Assembly: GCA_045649645.1 (NCBI GenBank)
Contig: JAZRQH010000166.1
Span: forward strand, 1-53,017
Source of the DNA: Eubacteriales bacterium
GTDB taxonomy: Bacteria > Bacillota > Clostridia > Oscillospirales > CAG-272
Direction: 5' to 3'
DNA length: 53,017 nt
Positions 19,897 through 28,882 of this stretch are shown here, in pieces; positions within the stretch are counted from its first letter, which is position 1; each line of letters starts with the position of its first letter. The position numbers and the translations under genes were made by a program. Under the pieces are notes generated by a model. The model was not told the origin of the DNA. It did no database searches and worked only from the letters and a program-made list of their open reading frames with translations.

Positions 19897-19959
19897 TTTC
19901 TCACCTCCTGTTTATTTTATCATTAAATTCTTTTTGTGTAAATAGTTTTGCGATAATAC

Positions 19960-19988
19960 TTGAAAAAATATAAGAGTTGATATATAAT
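19960..19988 (+). promoter_or_regulatory. sigma-A type promoter candidate TTGAAA-17-TATAAT for upp
   Basis: TTGAAA at 19960-19965 and TATAAT at 19983-19988. Confidence 0.55.
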
Positions 19989-20020
19989 TAATTTATAAAT
20001 GTTATTAAGGAGACTTTATT

Positions 20021-20650
20021 ATGAGCACACTTCACGTTATAGATCATCCCCTGATTCAGCACAAGCTTACAATTATGAGAGACGTTAACACCGGTACCAA
20101 GGATTTCCGTGGCCTTCTCAACGAGATCTCCATGCTTATGGGTTATGAGATCACCCGTGATCTTCCTCTGCAGGATAAGGAGATCGAGACACCTCTCTGC
20201 AAGATGATGGGTAAATGTATGGACGGTAAGAAGTTAGCCATCGTTCCCGTGCTTCGCGCAGGATTAGGTATGGTCGACGGGCTTCTTTCTCTCGTTCCCG
20301 TTGCCAAGGTCGGTCATATCGGTCTTTACCGTGACCCCGAATCTCACGAACCGGTTGAGTATTACTGCAAGCTTCCTTACGATATCGAGCAGAGAATAGT
20401 TATCATCACCGATCCTATGCTTGCTACAGGCGGCAGTGCCTCCGACGCTATCACCAAGATTAAGGAACGCGGTGTGGAGCATATCAAGCTTATGTGCCTT
20501 GTTGCGGCTCCCGAGGGTGTTGCTAAGGTTCAGGCTGACCATCCCGACGTTGATATCTTCGTAGCTGCTCTTGACGAAAAGCTCAACGATCACGCATACA
20601 TCGTTCCCGGTCTGGGCGATGCAGGCGACAGAATATTCGGAACAAAGTAA
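20021..20650 (+). CDS. upp: uracil phosphoribosyltransferase
   Basis: 209 aa. [23 protein letters not shown], the PRPP motif [12 protein letters not shown], and [17 protein letters not shown]. Confidence 0.95.
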   Translation: MSTLHVIDHPLIQHKLTIMRDVNTGTKDFRGLLNEISMLMGYEITRDLPLQDKEIETPLCKMMGKCMDGKKLAIVPVLRAGLGMVDGLLSLVPVAKVGHIGLYRDPESHEPVEYYCKLPYDIEQRIVIITDPMLATGGSASDAITKIKERGVEHIKLMCLVAAPEGVAKVQADHPDVDIFVAALDEKLNDHAYIVPGLGDAGDRIFGTK

Positions 20651-20651
20651 T

Positions 20652-20678
20652 AACAAGTCCTGCAAAGGACTTGTTTTG
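20652..20678 (+). terminator. rho-independent terminator after upp
   Basis: AACAAGTCCT-GCAA-AGGACTTGTT followed by TTTG. Confidence 0.7.
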
Positions 20679-20685
20679 ACGTAGT

Positions 20686-21618
20686 ATGAAAGAATTTATT
20701 ATAAACAAAAACGATGCAGGTCAGAGACTTGATAAGTTCATAGAGAAGGCAACGGCAGGTATGCCTAAATCCTTGATCTATAAATCTATACGTACCAAAA
20801 AGATCAAGGTCAACCGTAAGAGAGCTGAGGCTAACTATGTTCTGCAGCAGGGAGACGTAGTGCTGATGTTCTTAAAGGAAGAGTTCTTTGTCACATCAGA
20901 TCCTGATGCTTATTTTCTTGCGCTCACTCCCAAGGTTGATATAGTCCATGAGGACGAAAACCTCTTGCTGGTTAACAAGCCAATGGGTGTCAGCTGTATT
21001 CCCGATGAACGCGAGGACCGTGATACTCTTATCAATCATATCAAGGCCTATCTTTACCGTAAGGGCGAATACGACCCCGAAACTGAAAGCTCCTTTGCTC
21101 CTGCGCTCTGTAACCGTATTGACAGAAACACCTGCGGTATAGTTATAGCGGCAAAGAATGCAGATACTCTTCGCAAGATTAACGATGATATCAAGTACAG
21201 ACGTATAGATAAAAAATATCTTTGCATAGTTCACGGTATACCTAAGCCGTCAGCTGATATCATCGAAGGATATTTGATCAAAGACTCAAAAACCAATACC
21301 GTCAAGGTATATGATACCAAGCCGTCAAAGGGTGACGCCAAGTCGATCAAAACAGGCTACAAAGTTCTTAGCTCAAAGAAAGGACTGTCTCTTGTTGAGG
21401 TTGAGCTTTATACGGGAAGGACTCATCAGATCCGCGCCCATATGGCTCATATAGGTCATCCGCTTATGGGCGACGGCAAGTACGGTATAAATAAAGAGGA
21501 CAAGAAGCTCGGATACAAGTATCAGGCTCTGTGCTCATATTCCACCACCATTGACGGTCAGGAATACCGTATAGACCCCGATAAGATCTGGTTTGTGCGG
21601 GATTATAACAAATTATAA
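20686..21618 (+). CDS. RluA-family pseudouridine synthase with N-terminal S4 domain
   Basis: S4-like N-terminus (RLDKFIEKA...IRTKKIKVNRKR), catalytic motif CNRIDRNTCG (HRLD-type with Asp), and GRTHQIRAHMAHIGHPLMGDGKYG. Confidence 0.9.
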   Translation: MKEFIINKNDAGQRLDKFIEKATAGMPKSLIYKSIRTKKIKVNRKRAEANYVLQQGDVVLMFLKEEFFVTSDPDAYFLALTPKVDIVHEDENLLLVNKPMGVSCIPDEREDRDTLINHIKAYLYRKGEYDPETESSFAPALCNRIDRNTCGIVIAAKNADTLRKINDDIKYRRIDKKYLCIVHGIPKPSADIIEGYLIKDSKTNTVKVYDTKPSKGDAKSIKTGYKVLSSKKGLSLVEVELYTGRTHQIRAHMAHIGHPLMGDGKYGINKEDKKLGYKYQALCSYSTTIDGQEYRIDPDKIWFVRDYNKL

Positions 21619-21628
21619 CCTCATAACC

Positions 21629-21665
21629 CCCATTCTACCGACAGTAGAATGGGTGTTGCTTGTTT
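21629..21665 (+). terminator. rho-independent terminator after the pseudouridine synthase gene
   Basis: CCCATTCTAC-CGACA-GTAGAATGGG followed by TGTTGCTTGTTTT. Confidence 0.7.
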
Positions 21666-21711
21666 TCTACTGCTGTTTATCTCGAGTATACCGGATAATT
21701 GTAGCCGTAGG

Positions 21712-21740
21712 TTGTAAATGAGGTGTGCCTCGTGTATAAT
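21712..21740 (+). promoter_or_regulatory. sigma-A type promoter candidate TTGTAA-17-TATAAT with TG extension, for degV
   Basis: TTGTAA at 21712-21717 and CGTGTATAAT ending at 21740. Confidence 0.55.
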
Positions 21741-21768
21741 TCATATGATCAATGAAAGGCGGTGCTAT

Positions 21769-22602
21769 ATGGATAAATATAAGATTGCAGCAGATTCATC
21801 ATGTGATATAACAAGCTTGAAATACACAGATTTTGCAACAGCTTCTCTTAAGATATCAACTGCAGAGAGGGAGTTTGTGGATGACAGTGTGCTTGACGTA
21901 ACGGATATGGTAGAATATCTGCACTGTTATAAAGGCAAATCCGGTTCTTCCTGCCCAAACCCCGATGACTGGATGAGGGCTTTCGGTGATGCCGCTTATG
22001 TCTTTTGTGTTACTATGACGTCAAAACTATCCGGAACCTACAATTCAGCGATGTTAGCTAAGAAGAAATACGAGGAGAAATATCCTGACAGAAAGGTACA
22101 CGTGTTTGATTCGTTAAGCACAGGACCCGAAATGGTCCTGTTGCTTCATAAGCTGGATGAGCTTATTCATGAGGGTAGGGATTTCGATGCGATAATAAAT
22201 GAGATCGACAGATATTCTAACGAAACAGGGCTTATGTTTGTGTTGGAGTCAATGCAGAATCTTGCCAACAACGGAAGAGTAAGTCCGATAACCGCTAAGA
22301 TAGCAGGTATGCTTGGTATCAGACTTTTGGGTAAGGCAACCGACGGTGAGCTTGAGCCCTTGGATAAATGTCGCGGCGAAAAGAAAGCCTTGGATACCGT
22401 GGTGAAGCGTTTAAAGGAATACGGTGTTAAAAAGGGAAGAGTATCGATTACCCATTGTATAAATGAAAAGGCAGCAATTGAGTTGAAAGACCTTATAAAT
22501 AAAGAGATCCCCGATGCAAGTGTAGATATAAGACCCTGCGGTGGTCTGTGCAGCTTCTATGCCGAAAAGGGCGGATTGCTGATAGGATACGAAAAATATT
22601 AA
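21769..22602 (+). CDS. DegV family fatty-acid-binding protein
   Basis: IAADSSCD, SGSSCPNP and SKLSGTYNSA follow the DegV/EDD-fold pattern. ATG 21769 (RBS GAAAGG) is preferred over the upstream ATG 21718. Confidence 0.88.
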   Translation: MDKYKIAADSSCDITSLKYTDFATASLKISTAEREFVDDSVLDVTDMVEYLHCYKGKSGSSCPNPDDWMRAFGDAAYVFCVTMTSKLSGTYNSAMLAKKKYEEKYPDRKVHVFDSLSTGPEMVLLLHKLDELIHEGRDFDAIINEIDRYSNETGLMFVLESMQNLANNGRVSPITAKIAGMLGIRLLGKATDGELEPLDKCRGEKKALDTVVKRLKEYGVKKGRVSITHCINEKAAIELKDLINKEIPDASVDIRPCGGLCSFYAEKGGLLIGYEKY

Positions 22603-22628
22603 AACGGTGAGGGTAATCCTCACCGTTT
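22602..22628. terminator. bidirectional terminator between degV and the convergent aldo/keto reductase gene
   Basis: AAACGGTGAGG-GTAAT-CCTCACCGTTT. Confidence 0.8.
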
Positions 22629-22640
22629 ATCTATATGGGA

Positions 22641-23504
22641 TTAAGCAATTGCGTCTGCGGGTGCTTCTTCGGGAAGCCAGCCTGTAAAGCCTGTCTGAGG
22701 CATAGCCATAATGGCTGCCATATCCTCGGCAGAAAGCTCAAAGTCAAATATCTTTGTGTTTTCAAGAATACGCTCGGGAGTAACAGACTTGCTGAGTACG
22801 TTAAGACCGGACTGAAGTACAAATCTCAGACAGATCTGTGCTACAGACTTGTTGTACTTTGCAGCAATAGCCTTAAGGGTCTCGTCCTGAAGTACTGCAC
22901 CGCAGCCGAGGGGGCTGAATGCCTGTACAAGCATATTCTTTTCCTTGGAATACTCAACTGTTTCCATCTGAGTATAACCGGGGTGGAACTCGATCTGGTT
23001 TACCATAGGAGCTACGTTGCACATGTCAAGAAGAGCGTCGATATGCTTCTTCTGGAAGTTGCTGACACCGATAGCTCTGATCTTGCCCGCCTTGTATGCT
23101 TCCTCAAAGCCCTTCCAGGTAGAAGCGTTAACTTCCTTCCAATCAGGAGTAACCTTCTCAACGCAGGGCCAGTGGATAAGATAAAGATCGATGTAGTCAA
23201 GACCGAGATTCTTAAGGGAAGTATCGATAGCCTCTATGGTCTTATCGTAACCTCTCATTGTAACCCAATGCTTTGTGGTAACGAAGATCTCGTCACGGTT
23301 CACACCGCTTTCACGGATACCCTCGCCAACAGAAGCCTCGTTGCCGTATGCAAAGGCTGTATCTACGTGGCGGTAACCGATATTAAGAGCTTCCTTAACA
23401 CCGTTCTTGGTGATATCTCCGTCGGGAGCGAGGTATGTACCGTAGCCGATACAGGGAACCTTAACACCGTTTGAAAGCTCAAAGCAATCTGTTAAATTCT
23501 TCAT
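22641..23504 (-). CDS. aldo/keto reductase (2,5-diketo-D-gluconate reductase-like)
   Basis: LSNGVKVPCIGYGT, GYRHVDTAFAYGNE, DLYLIHWP, IGVSNF and FSPLG are classical AKR blocks. ATG 23504 with GAAAGGAG RBS is preferred over TTG 23522. Confidence 0.9.
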   Translation of the reverse strand: MKNLTDCFELSNGVKVPCIGYGTYLAPDGDITKNGVKEALNIGYRHVDTAFAYGNEASVGEGIRESGVNRDEIFVTTKHWVTMRGYDKTIEAIDTSLKNLGLDYIDLYLIHWPCVEKVTPDWKEVNASTWKGFEEAYKAGKIRAIGVSNFQKKHIDALLDMCNVAPMVNQIEFHPGYTQMETVEYSKEKNMLVQAFSPLGCGAVLQDETLKAIAAKYNKSVAQICLRFVLQSGLNVLSKSVTPERILENTKIFDFELSAEDMAAIMAMPQTGFTGWLPEEAPADAIA

Positions 23505-23532
23505 TGCAATATCTCCTTTCAAAATTAAACAT

Positions 23533-23560
23533 AGCGGCTGTATCTATTGACACAGCCGCT
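23533..23560 (-). terminator. terminator of the rpsF-ssb-rpsR operon
   Basis: AGCGGCTGT / ACAGCCGCT 9-bp stem with a 10-nt loop. The minus-strand tail is ATGTTTAATTTT. Confidence 0.6.
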
Positions 23561-23571
23561 TAGTTTATAAA

Positions 23572-23820
23572 TTAGTCTGTTGTGTAGGGGAGAAGCGCGA
23601 TCTGACGTGCTCTCTTGATAGCAACAGTGAGCTGACGCTGATGGTAAGCGCATGTGCCGGTGATTCTTCTGGGAAGGATCTTTGCACGCTCGCTGGTGCA
23701 CTTGCGAAGTCTTGCAACATCCTTGTAATCGATGTGATCGATCTTATCCTGACAGAATATGCAAACCTTCTTCTTTCTCTTCATATTGTTACGAAAAGGT
23801 CTCTGGTTGTTGTTTTCCAT
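23572..23820 (-). CDS. rpsR: 30S ribosomal protein S18
   Basis: 82 aa. [44 protein letters not shown]. Confidence 0.97.
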   Translation of the reverse strand: MENNNQRPFRNNMKRKKKVCIFCQDKIDHIDYKDVARLRKCTSERAKILPRRITGTCAYHQRQLTVAIKRARQIALLPYTTD

Positions 23821-23843
23821 TTTATGCTTCCTCCTTTAAAAAA

Positions 23844-24302
23844 TTAGAACGGAAGATCGTCATCATTTGACAATTCTTCGAATTTAGGCGCTTCGGTTTC
23901 CTGAGAAGAATAAGCGGGTGCATTGTATGCATCGTTGGGCATGGGAGCAGAAAGACCTGCTTCCTTGCTGTCAACAAAATTTGCTTCGTCTACCACGATA
24001 TCGGTAGCATATCTCTTCTGACCTGTCTGCTGATCTGTCCAGCTTCTGTTCTGGAGAGTACCTACTACACAGATGGAGTTACCCTTCTTGAAATAGCGGG
24101 TAATGAATTCAGCATTGGATCTCCATGCAGTGCAATTGAAGAAATCAGCGGTGGGCTGAGAGCCGTCGTTGGTTCTTGTGAATCTGCGGTTAACTGCGAT
24201 AGAGAAGGTAGTTACAGATATACCCTGAGGGGTCTGTCTGAGCTCGGGGTCTGCAGTAAGTCTGCCACCCAGAATAACTTTGTTGAAATTAAAGTTAGCC
24301 AT
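23844..24302 (-). CDS. ssb: single-stranded DNA-binding protein
   Basis: OB fold (NKVILGGRLTADPELR, TDFFNCTAWR) and acidic C-terminal tip DDDLPF. Confidence 0.95.
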   Translation of the reverse strand: MANFNFNKVILGGRLTADPELRQTPQGISVTTFSIAVNRRFTRTNDGSQPTADFFNCTAWRSNAEFITRYFKKGNSICVVGTLQNRSWTDQQTGQKRYATDIVVDEANFVDSKEAGLSAPMPNDAYNAPAYSSQETEAPKFEELSNDDDLPF

Positions 24303-24322
24303 TTGCTTACTCCTTCTGAGAC

Positions 24323-24724
24323 TTACTCTGCTGCTTCTTCAGCAGGAGCCTCTTCAACTGCAGGAGCTTCTTCTACTGCGGGGGCAGCAGGGGTAGCCTC
24401 TGCAACTGCTCTCTGGGGCATAGAAGCCTTGTCGTCAGCCTTGACAACGATAGAACGCATGATACCGTCGTTGATGTGGTATCTACGCTCGAGCTCTGCT
24501 ACGAACGCCTGAGGAGCACTGAATGTTACGAATGTGTAGTAACCCTCGGTCATGTCGTTGATGGGGTATGCAAGTCTGCGCTTGCCCCACTCATTAACCT
24601 CGGATACCTCGCCGTTAGACTTGATAAGAGTAACGAACTTATCAACAAGAGCCTTAACAGCCTCTTCGCCGCGAGTAATGTCGCAAACGAAAATGGTTTC
24701 GTAATTAGTGTATGCCTTTGCCAT
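24323..24724 (-). CDS. rpsF: 30S ribosomal protein S6 with Ala/Pro/Glu-rich C-terminal extension
   Basis: YETIFVCDI..., EWGKRRLAYPI and YYTFVTF form the S6 core. The tail is ATPAAPAVEEAPAVEEAPAEEAAE. Confidence 0.95.
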   Translation of the reverse strand: MAKAYTNYETIFVCDITRGEEAVKALVDKFVTLIKSNGEVSEVNEWGKRRLAYPINDMTEGYYTFVTFSAPQAFVAELERRYHINDGIMRSIVVKADDKASMPQRAVAEATPAAPAVEEAPAVEEAPAEEAAE

Positions 24725-24827
24725 TTTTGTTACACCTCCCTATGGACTTATGACCGACAGCATTAGAAAAATTTTACTGCCGGTAAGGAGAAGTCGGTTC
24801 CAAAATTTTGTACTGTGACCTCTAAAC
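24725..24827 (-). promoter_or_regulatory. 5' leader of rpsF operon, candidate S6:S18-responsive structured RNA
   Basis: Roughly 100-nt leader between the predicted promoter and the rpsF ATG. Minus-strand CUGUCGGU (24753-24760) can pair either with ACCGGCAG (24777-24784) or, via GUCGGU, with ACCGAC (24793-24798). CCG-containing hairpins are reported for the rpsF leader motif. Confidence 0.35.
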
Positions 24828-24833
24828 TACGAC

Positions 24834-24862
24834 ATTATACACGATAATTTTATTTTTGTCAA
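24834..24862 (-). promoter_or_regulatory. sigma-A promoter TTGACA-17-TATAAT (TG-extended) for rpsF-ssb-rpsR
   Basis: The reverse complement reads TTGACA AAAATAAAATTATCGTG TATAAT, with both hexamers at consensus. Confidence 0.65.
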
Positions 24863-24867
24863 GAGTA

Positions 24868-24896
24868 TTGACATATTATTTTTTATATTTTATAAT
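24868..24896 (+). promoter_or_regulatory. sigma-A promoter TTGACA-17-TATAAT for the SGNH hydrolase gene
   Basis: TTGACA at 24868-24873 and TATAAT at 24891-24896, back-to-back with the rpsF promoter. Confidence 0.6.
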
Positions 24897-24929
24897 AATA
24901 GAAATTGAACTTTGTATGGAGAATATTTT

Positions 24930-25568
24930 ATGAAAATATTATTTCAGGGTGACAGCATTACAGACTGCGGAAGAAGCAGATCTGATACGACCGATCTCGG
25001 TTCGGGTTATCCTTCCTACGTTAAGCAGTATCTTGAGGAGTGCTATCCTCAGATGGAATTTGAGCTTATAAATAAAGGAATCGGCGGTCATCAGACCAAA
25101 GACCTTATGGAAAGATGGCAGGAGGAGGCAATTGATCTTCAGCCTGACGTTATCTCTATCCTTGTCGGTGTCAACGATACCTGGCATCATGTAAGCGAAC
25201 AGGACTGGGTGCCCAATGAGATTTTTGAAGCCAATTACAGGTCCTTGCTTGAGGATATCAAAAATAAGACCAAAGCCAAGATAATTATGCTTGAGCAGTT
25301 CGTTCTTGATTTCCCCGAGATGCGTCGTTTCCACAACGACATCGACGAAAAGATACAGATCGTGCGCCGTCTTGCGGCTGAGTACGCCGACAGATATATA
25401 CCTCTTGACGGTTTGTTTGCGGCAGCCTGCGTTGCCGAGCCTGCGTCCCACTGGACTCTCGAGGGGGTCCATCCTACTGACGAGGGACATCAGCTTATCG
25501 CGGATTATTATTTCGACGCACTGTCCGATATTATAGAAGAAAGCTTTATATCTCATGAAGGTGTATAA
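24930..25568 (+). CDS. SGNH/GDSL hydrolase family protein
   Basis: Block I ILFQGDSITDCGR, block II KGIGGH, block III VGVNDTWH, and block V VHPTDEGH. ATG 24930 with GGAG RBS is preferred over TTG 24912. No signal peptide. Confidence 0.85.
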   Translation: MKILFQGDSITDCGRSRSDTTDLGSGYPSYVKQYLEECYPQMEFELINKGIGGHQTKDLMERWQEEAIDLQPDVISILVGVNDTWHHVSEQDWVPNEIFEANYRSLLEDIKNKTKAKIIMLEQFVLDFPEMRRFHNDIDEKIQIVRRLAAEYADRYIPLDGLFAAACVAEPASHWTLEGVHPTDEGHQLIADYYFDALSDIIEESFISHEGV

Positions 25569-25935
25569 AATAGTTGACGGAACGCTCAATGTACTTATTA
25601 CGGTATGTTATCTTATGTTTGCGTTTATCGTAAGCTGTATGTTTGAGTTCTTTCCCTGGCATGACGGTGACGGAGTATATATGCTCTATATGCTTGTGGT
25701 TTGGTTGCCCATATGCTTTCTGACTTTAATTCAGATAATCTCTTCTATCACAGTCAAGCGTTTCAATAAAGTGCTTGTTACGCTTGCGTCACTCAACGCA
25801 ATATACATACCTATGATATTTTTGCTGGGGTTTGCGGATATATCATTTACAGCCCTTAAGGTCATCGGTATTATTGCAGTTATAACAATGTTTATCTATT
25901 CCGTTCTGGCTTTCAGACGGTTGAAAAAAATATAA
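25555..25935 (+). CDS. small integral membrane protein, unknown function
   Basis: 126 aa with about four hydrophobic segments. It overlaps the SGNH gene end by 14 nt. No recognisable family. Confidence 0.55.
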   Translation: MKVYKIVDGTLNVLITVCYLMFAFIVSCMFEFFPWHDGDGVYMLYMLVVWLPICFLTLIQIISSITVKRFNKVLVTLASLNAIYIPMIFLLGFADISFTALKVIGIIAVITMFIYSVLAFRRLKKI

Positions 25936-25956
25936 TAATGGAAATGGTGAAAAATT

Positions 25957-26820
25957 ATGTTTAAACTTCCTTTCAGTATCGATCTTAAAGATAAAGTTGC
26001 AGTTGTTACAGGCGGAGGCGGAGTTCTCTGCGGTGAGTTTGCTAAGGCTCTCGGTGCTTGCGGTGCCAAGGTTGCGGTATGCGACCTTCGTCCCGAAAAT
26101 GCGCAGAACACAGTAGACTCTATTGTTGCAGATGGCGGTGTTGCTATTGCTGTTGAGGCTAACGTTCTTGATAAGGACAGCCTTAACGCAGCAAGAGAAA
26201 GAATCAATTCAGAGCTCGGCACCTGTGATATCCTTATCAACGGTGCAGGCGGTAACAATCCCAGAGGCACCACCACCAAGGAATATCTTTTCCCCGAGGA
26301 CCTTGATCCCGAGACCACTAAGGATATTACTACATTCTTTGATCTCGATCCCAAGGGTGTTGAGTTTGTTTTTAACCTCAACTTTCTCGGTACTCTTCTT
26401 CCTACACAGGTATTCGCTCGCGATATGGCTGCAAAAGAAGGTTGCTGTATAATCAACGTATCCAGCATGAACGCCTTTACACCTCTTACCAAGATTCCCG
26501 CATATTCGGGCGCTAAGGCCGCTGTTTCCAACTTCACACAGTGGTTGGCAGTTCATTTTGCTCCCGTTGGCGTGCGTGTTAACGCTATCGCTCCCGGCTT
26601 CTTTGTAACCGAGCAGAACAGAGCTTTGCTTCTTAATCCCGACGGCAGCTTCACTCCCCGTTCTCAGAAGATTCTCAACAGCACACCTATGAACCGTTTT
26701 GGTAAGCCCGAGGAGCTTATCGGTACTCTTCTGTACCTTGTAAACGAGGATGCTGCAGGCTTTGTAAACGGCGTTGTTGTTCCGGTTGACGGCGGTTTCT
26801 CCGCTTATTCCGGTGTATAA
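25957..26820 (+). CDS. SDR family oxidoreductase
   Basis: Cofactor motif VTGGGGVLCG, NGAG, and catalytic YSGAK. 287 aa. Confidence 0.9.
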   Translation: MFKLPFSIDLKDKVAVVTGGGGVLCGEFAKALGACGAKVAVCDLRPENAQNTVDSIVADGGVAIAVEANVLDKDSLNAARERINSELGTCDILINGAGGNNPRGTTTKEYLFPEDLDPETTKDITTFFDLDPKGVEFVFNLNFLGTLLPTQVFARDMAAKEGCCIINVSSMNAFTPLTKIPAYSGAKAAVSNFTQWLAVHFAPVGVRVNAIAPGFFVTEQNRALLLNPDGSFTPRSQKILNSTPMNRFGKPEELIGTLLYLVNEDAAGFVNGVVVPVDGGFSAYSGV

Positions 26821-26821
26821 G

Positions 26822-27844
26822 ATGTCGGTAAGCTTTAAAAACATTTACGGTAACGGTCTGCTTAAGGATCTGTTTGCTGAAAACATTGAGGGTAACAAAC
26901 TTCCTCACGCTATAATTCTTGAGGGAGACCGCGGAAGCGGCAGATACAGCTTTGCGCTGAATATCGCCGCCGCCACCCTTTGTACCGATTTTGAAAGACC
27001 TTGCGGCGTATGTAAAAACTGCAGGCAGATATTTGAAGGAGTAGCTCCCGACGTTACTACCGTGGGTTTGGCGGACGATAAGGCTACCATCTCGGTGGAG
27101 GCGGTAAGATTTATCAAAAACGGTGCGCAGAGCGTACCCGTGGAGGGTGAGCTTAAGTTCTATATAATACGTGATGCGGATAAGATGACCGTACAGGCGC
27201 AGAATGCCTTGCTCAAGATACTCGAGGAGCCACCGTCCTTTGTGGTATTTATACTTATCAGCGAAAACGTAAATCTGCTTCTCTCGACCATACGCTCTAG
27301 AGCCTGTGCCTTCAGAATGCAGCGCTTTGAGGACGCAGAATTGTCACGCTACGTTACTAAGGCGTATCCTAAAGCAGACAGCTTACAAAAAAGCGATGAG
27401 GCTGCATTTAACCGTATAATCAAGTCCTCCAACGGCTGTATCGGCAGCGTGCTTGAAAATCTTGACAAACGCAGCTTTACCAAAATCAACGACGAATATA
27501 CCGTTGTAAAGGGAATGCTTGAAGCTCTTTGCAAGAACGATAAATCCGTTTTCATGCGTTATGAGGACGAGCTTTCCTCAAAAAGGGAAGAGCTCAGAGC
27601 GTTTTTGTGTACGGTGCGCGGTGCAGTCCGTGACGTATTAGCGCTGAAAAAGGGTGTAGCGGATGATCTTGTCTTTTTTGAAAATGCTGATGAGATCAAG
27701 AATATTTCCAAGACTCTAACTCTATTGTCTGTTTCCTCTTTACTCAACGTTGTAGAAGAAACGCTTTATTCAAACGAACAGAATGCCAACGTCAATCTGT
27801 TAAAGATTAATTTTATGAACGCCTTTTGGAAAAGCGTTCATTGA
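26822..27844 (+). CDS. holB: DNA polymerase III delta prime subunit
   Basis: LPHAIILEGDRGSGR (degenerate P-loop), Zn module CGVCKNCRQI, SRC-like TIRSRA, and LLKILEEPP. ATG 26822 lies 1 nt after the SDR stop. Confidence 0.85.
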   Translation: MSVSFKNIYGNGLLKDLFAENIEGNKLPHAIILEGDRGSGRYSFALNIAAATLCTDFERPCGVCKNCRQIFEGVAPDVTTVGLADDKATISVEAVRFIKNGAQSVPVEGELKFYIIRDADKMTVQAQNALLKILEEPPSFVVFILISENVNLLLSTIRSRACAFRMQRFEDAELSRYVTKAYPKADSLQKSDEAAFNRIIKSSNGCIGSVLENLDKRSFTKINDEYTVVKGMLEALCKNDKSVFMRYEDELSSKREELRAFLCTVRGAVRDVLALKKGVADDLVFFENADEIKNISKTLTLLSVSSLLNVVEETLYSNEQNANVNLLKINFMNAFWKSVH

Positions 27845-27855
27845 AAGGATATACA

Positions 27856-28728
27856 ATGTCAGAAACAAACGAAACCCTGTCCCAGCAGGAGCTTGATGAA
27901 CTTCGAGCTTCTCTGCCTGAAGAGGTAGAGATAGTCGGCATCAGATTCAAAAAGCCCGGCAAGGTATACTATTTTCTTCCCGAAGGAATCAAATTAAAGC
28001 AGGACGATAACGTCATCGTCAAGACCGCAAGAGGTCTTGAGTACGGTACTGTTGCTATCGCAAACAGATTGGAGAACAAGAAGAATCTCGTTCTTCCTTT
28101 GAGAAGCGTTGTCCGCCGTGCGACCAAGGCTGATGATCAGCAGTATGAATCAAACCTTGAAAGCGAGAGAGAAGCTTTCAACGTTTGTCAGCAGAAGATA
28201 GACGAGCATAAGCTTGATATGAAGCTTGTTGACGTAGAATATACGTTTGATAACAACAAGCTGTTGTTTTACTTTACTGCCGACGGACGTATAGATTTCC
28301 GTGAGCTTGTTAAGGATCTCGCTTCCGTGTTCAAAACCCGAATCGAGCTTCGCCAGATCGGTATCAGAGATGAAACAAAGCTTATGGGTGGCCTTGGTGT
28401 TTGCGGCAGACCCTTCTGTTGCAAGAGCTTTCTTTCCGAGTTTGCTCAGGTATCTATCAAGATGGCAAAGGAACAGAACCTATCCCTTAATTCATCCAAG
28501 ATATCCGGTGCATGCGGTAAGCTTATGTGCTGCTTGCGGTACGAGCACGAGTGTTACAGCGAAGCGGTAAAGCGAATCCCCAAGCTTGACAGTAAGGTGA
28601 ACACCCCTGACGGAGAGGGCGTTGTTATAGAGACAAATCCTCTTGCGGGACTTGTTCGTGTGCGACTTGAAAAGGATCAGAATAAAACTGTCAAGATCTT
28701 CAAGGGCGAAGAGGTAACAAAAATCTAA
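27856..28728 (+). CDS. ricT: PSP1-domain protein RicT/YaaT (stage 0 sporulation protein)
   Basis: Conserved PSP1 region with cysteine cluster GVCGRPFCCKSFL...ISGACGKLMCCLRYE. It follows holB as in Bacillus. Confidence 0.9.
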   Translation: MSETNETLSQQELDELRASLPEEVEIVGIRFKKPGKVYYFLPEGIKLKQDDNVIVKTARGLEYGTVAIANRLENKKNLVLPLRSVVRRATKADDQQYESNLESEREAFNVCQQKIDEHKLDMKLVDVEYTFDNNKLLFYFTADGRIDFRELVKDLASVFKTRIELRQIGIRDETKLMGGLGVCGRPFCCKSFLSEFAQVSIKMAKEQNLSLNSSKISGACGKLMCCLRYEHECYSEAVKRIPKLDSKVNTPDGEGVVIETNPLAGLVRVRLEKDQNKTVKIFKGEEVTKI

Positions 28729-28757
28729 GACCGGATAAAAATCTGGTCTTTTTTTTG
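28728..28757 (+). terminator. rho-independent terminator after ricT
   Basis: AGACCGGAT-AAAA-ATCTGGTCT followed by eight T. Confidence 0.85.
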
Positions 28758-28765
28758 ATTTGCTA

Positions 28766-28794
28766 TTGCAATATTCAACAAAATATAATATAAT
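28766..28794 (+). promoter_or_regulatory. sigma-A type promoter candidate TTGCAA-17-TATAAT for the BMP/ABC operon
   Basis: TTGCAA at 28766-28771 and TATAAT at 28789-28794. Confidence 0.5.
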
Positions 28795-28864
28795 ATTCAT
28801 ATATTTATGTTCGTGTGACGTCGCATATTCTGCGCATAACGGAGCATATTTTGATTAGTATTTT

Positions 28865-28882
28865 TGAAAGCGGGTGCTTTCA
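28865..28882 (+). promoter_or_regulatory. palindrome TGAAAGC-N4-GCTTTCA in the BMP leader (operator or RNA hairpin)
   Basis: Perfect 7-bp arms located 19 nt upstream of the GGAGG RBS. Confidence 0.3.

Noticed and set aside
22635-23474. 279-aa plus-strand ORF opposite the aldo/keto reductase
   Set aside because: It is a codon-aligned mirror frame, and the minus-strand product carries all classical AKR blocks.
24303-24512. 69-aa ORF with AGASSTAGASSTAGAAG repeats
   Set aside because: It is the reverse-complement reading of the repetitive Ala/Pro/Glu tail of rpsF, so it is not an independent gene.
28865-28882. Possible CcpA cre site (TGAAAGC...GCTTTCA)
   Set aside because: The half-sites resemble cre, but the arms are separated by 4 extra nt, giving 18 nt instead of the 14-nt TGWAANCGNTNWCA. 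It is therefore not a canonical cre and is kept only as a generic palindrome.
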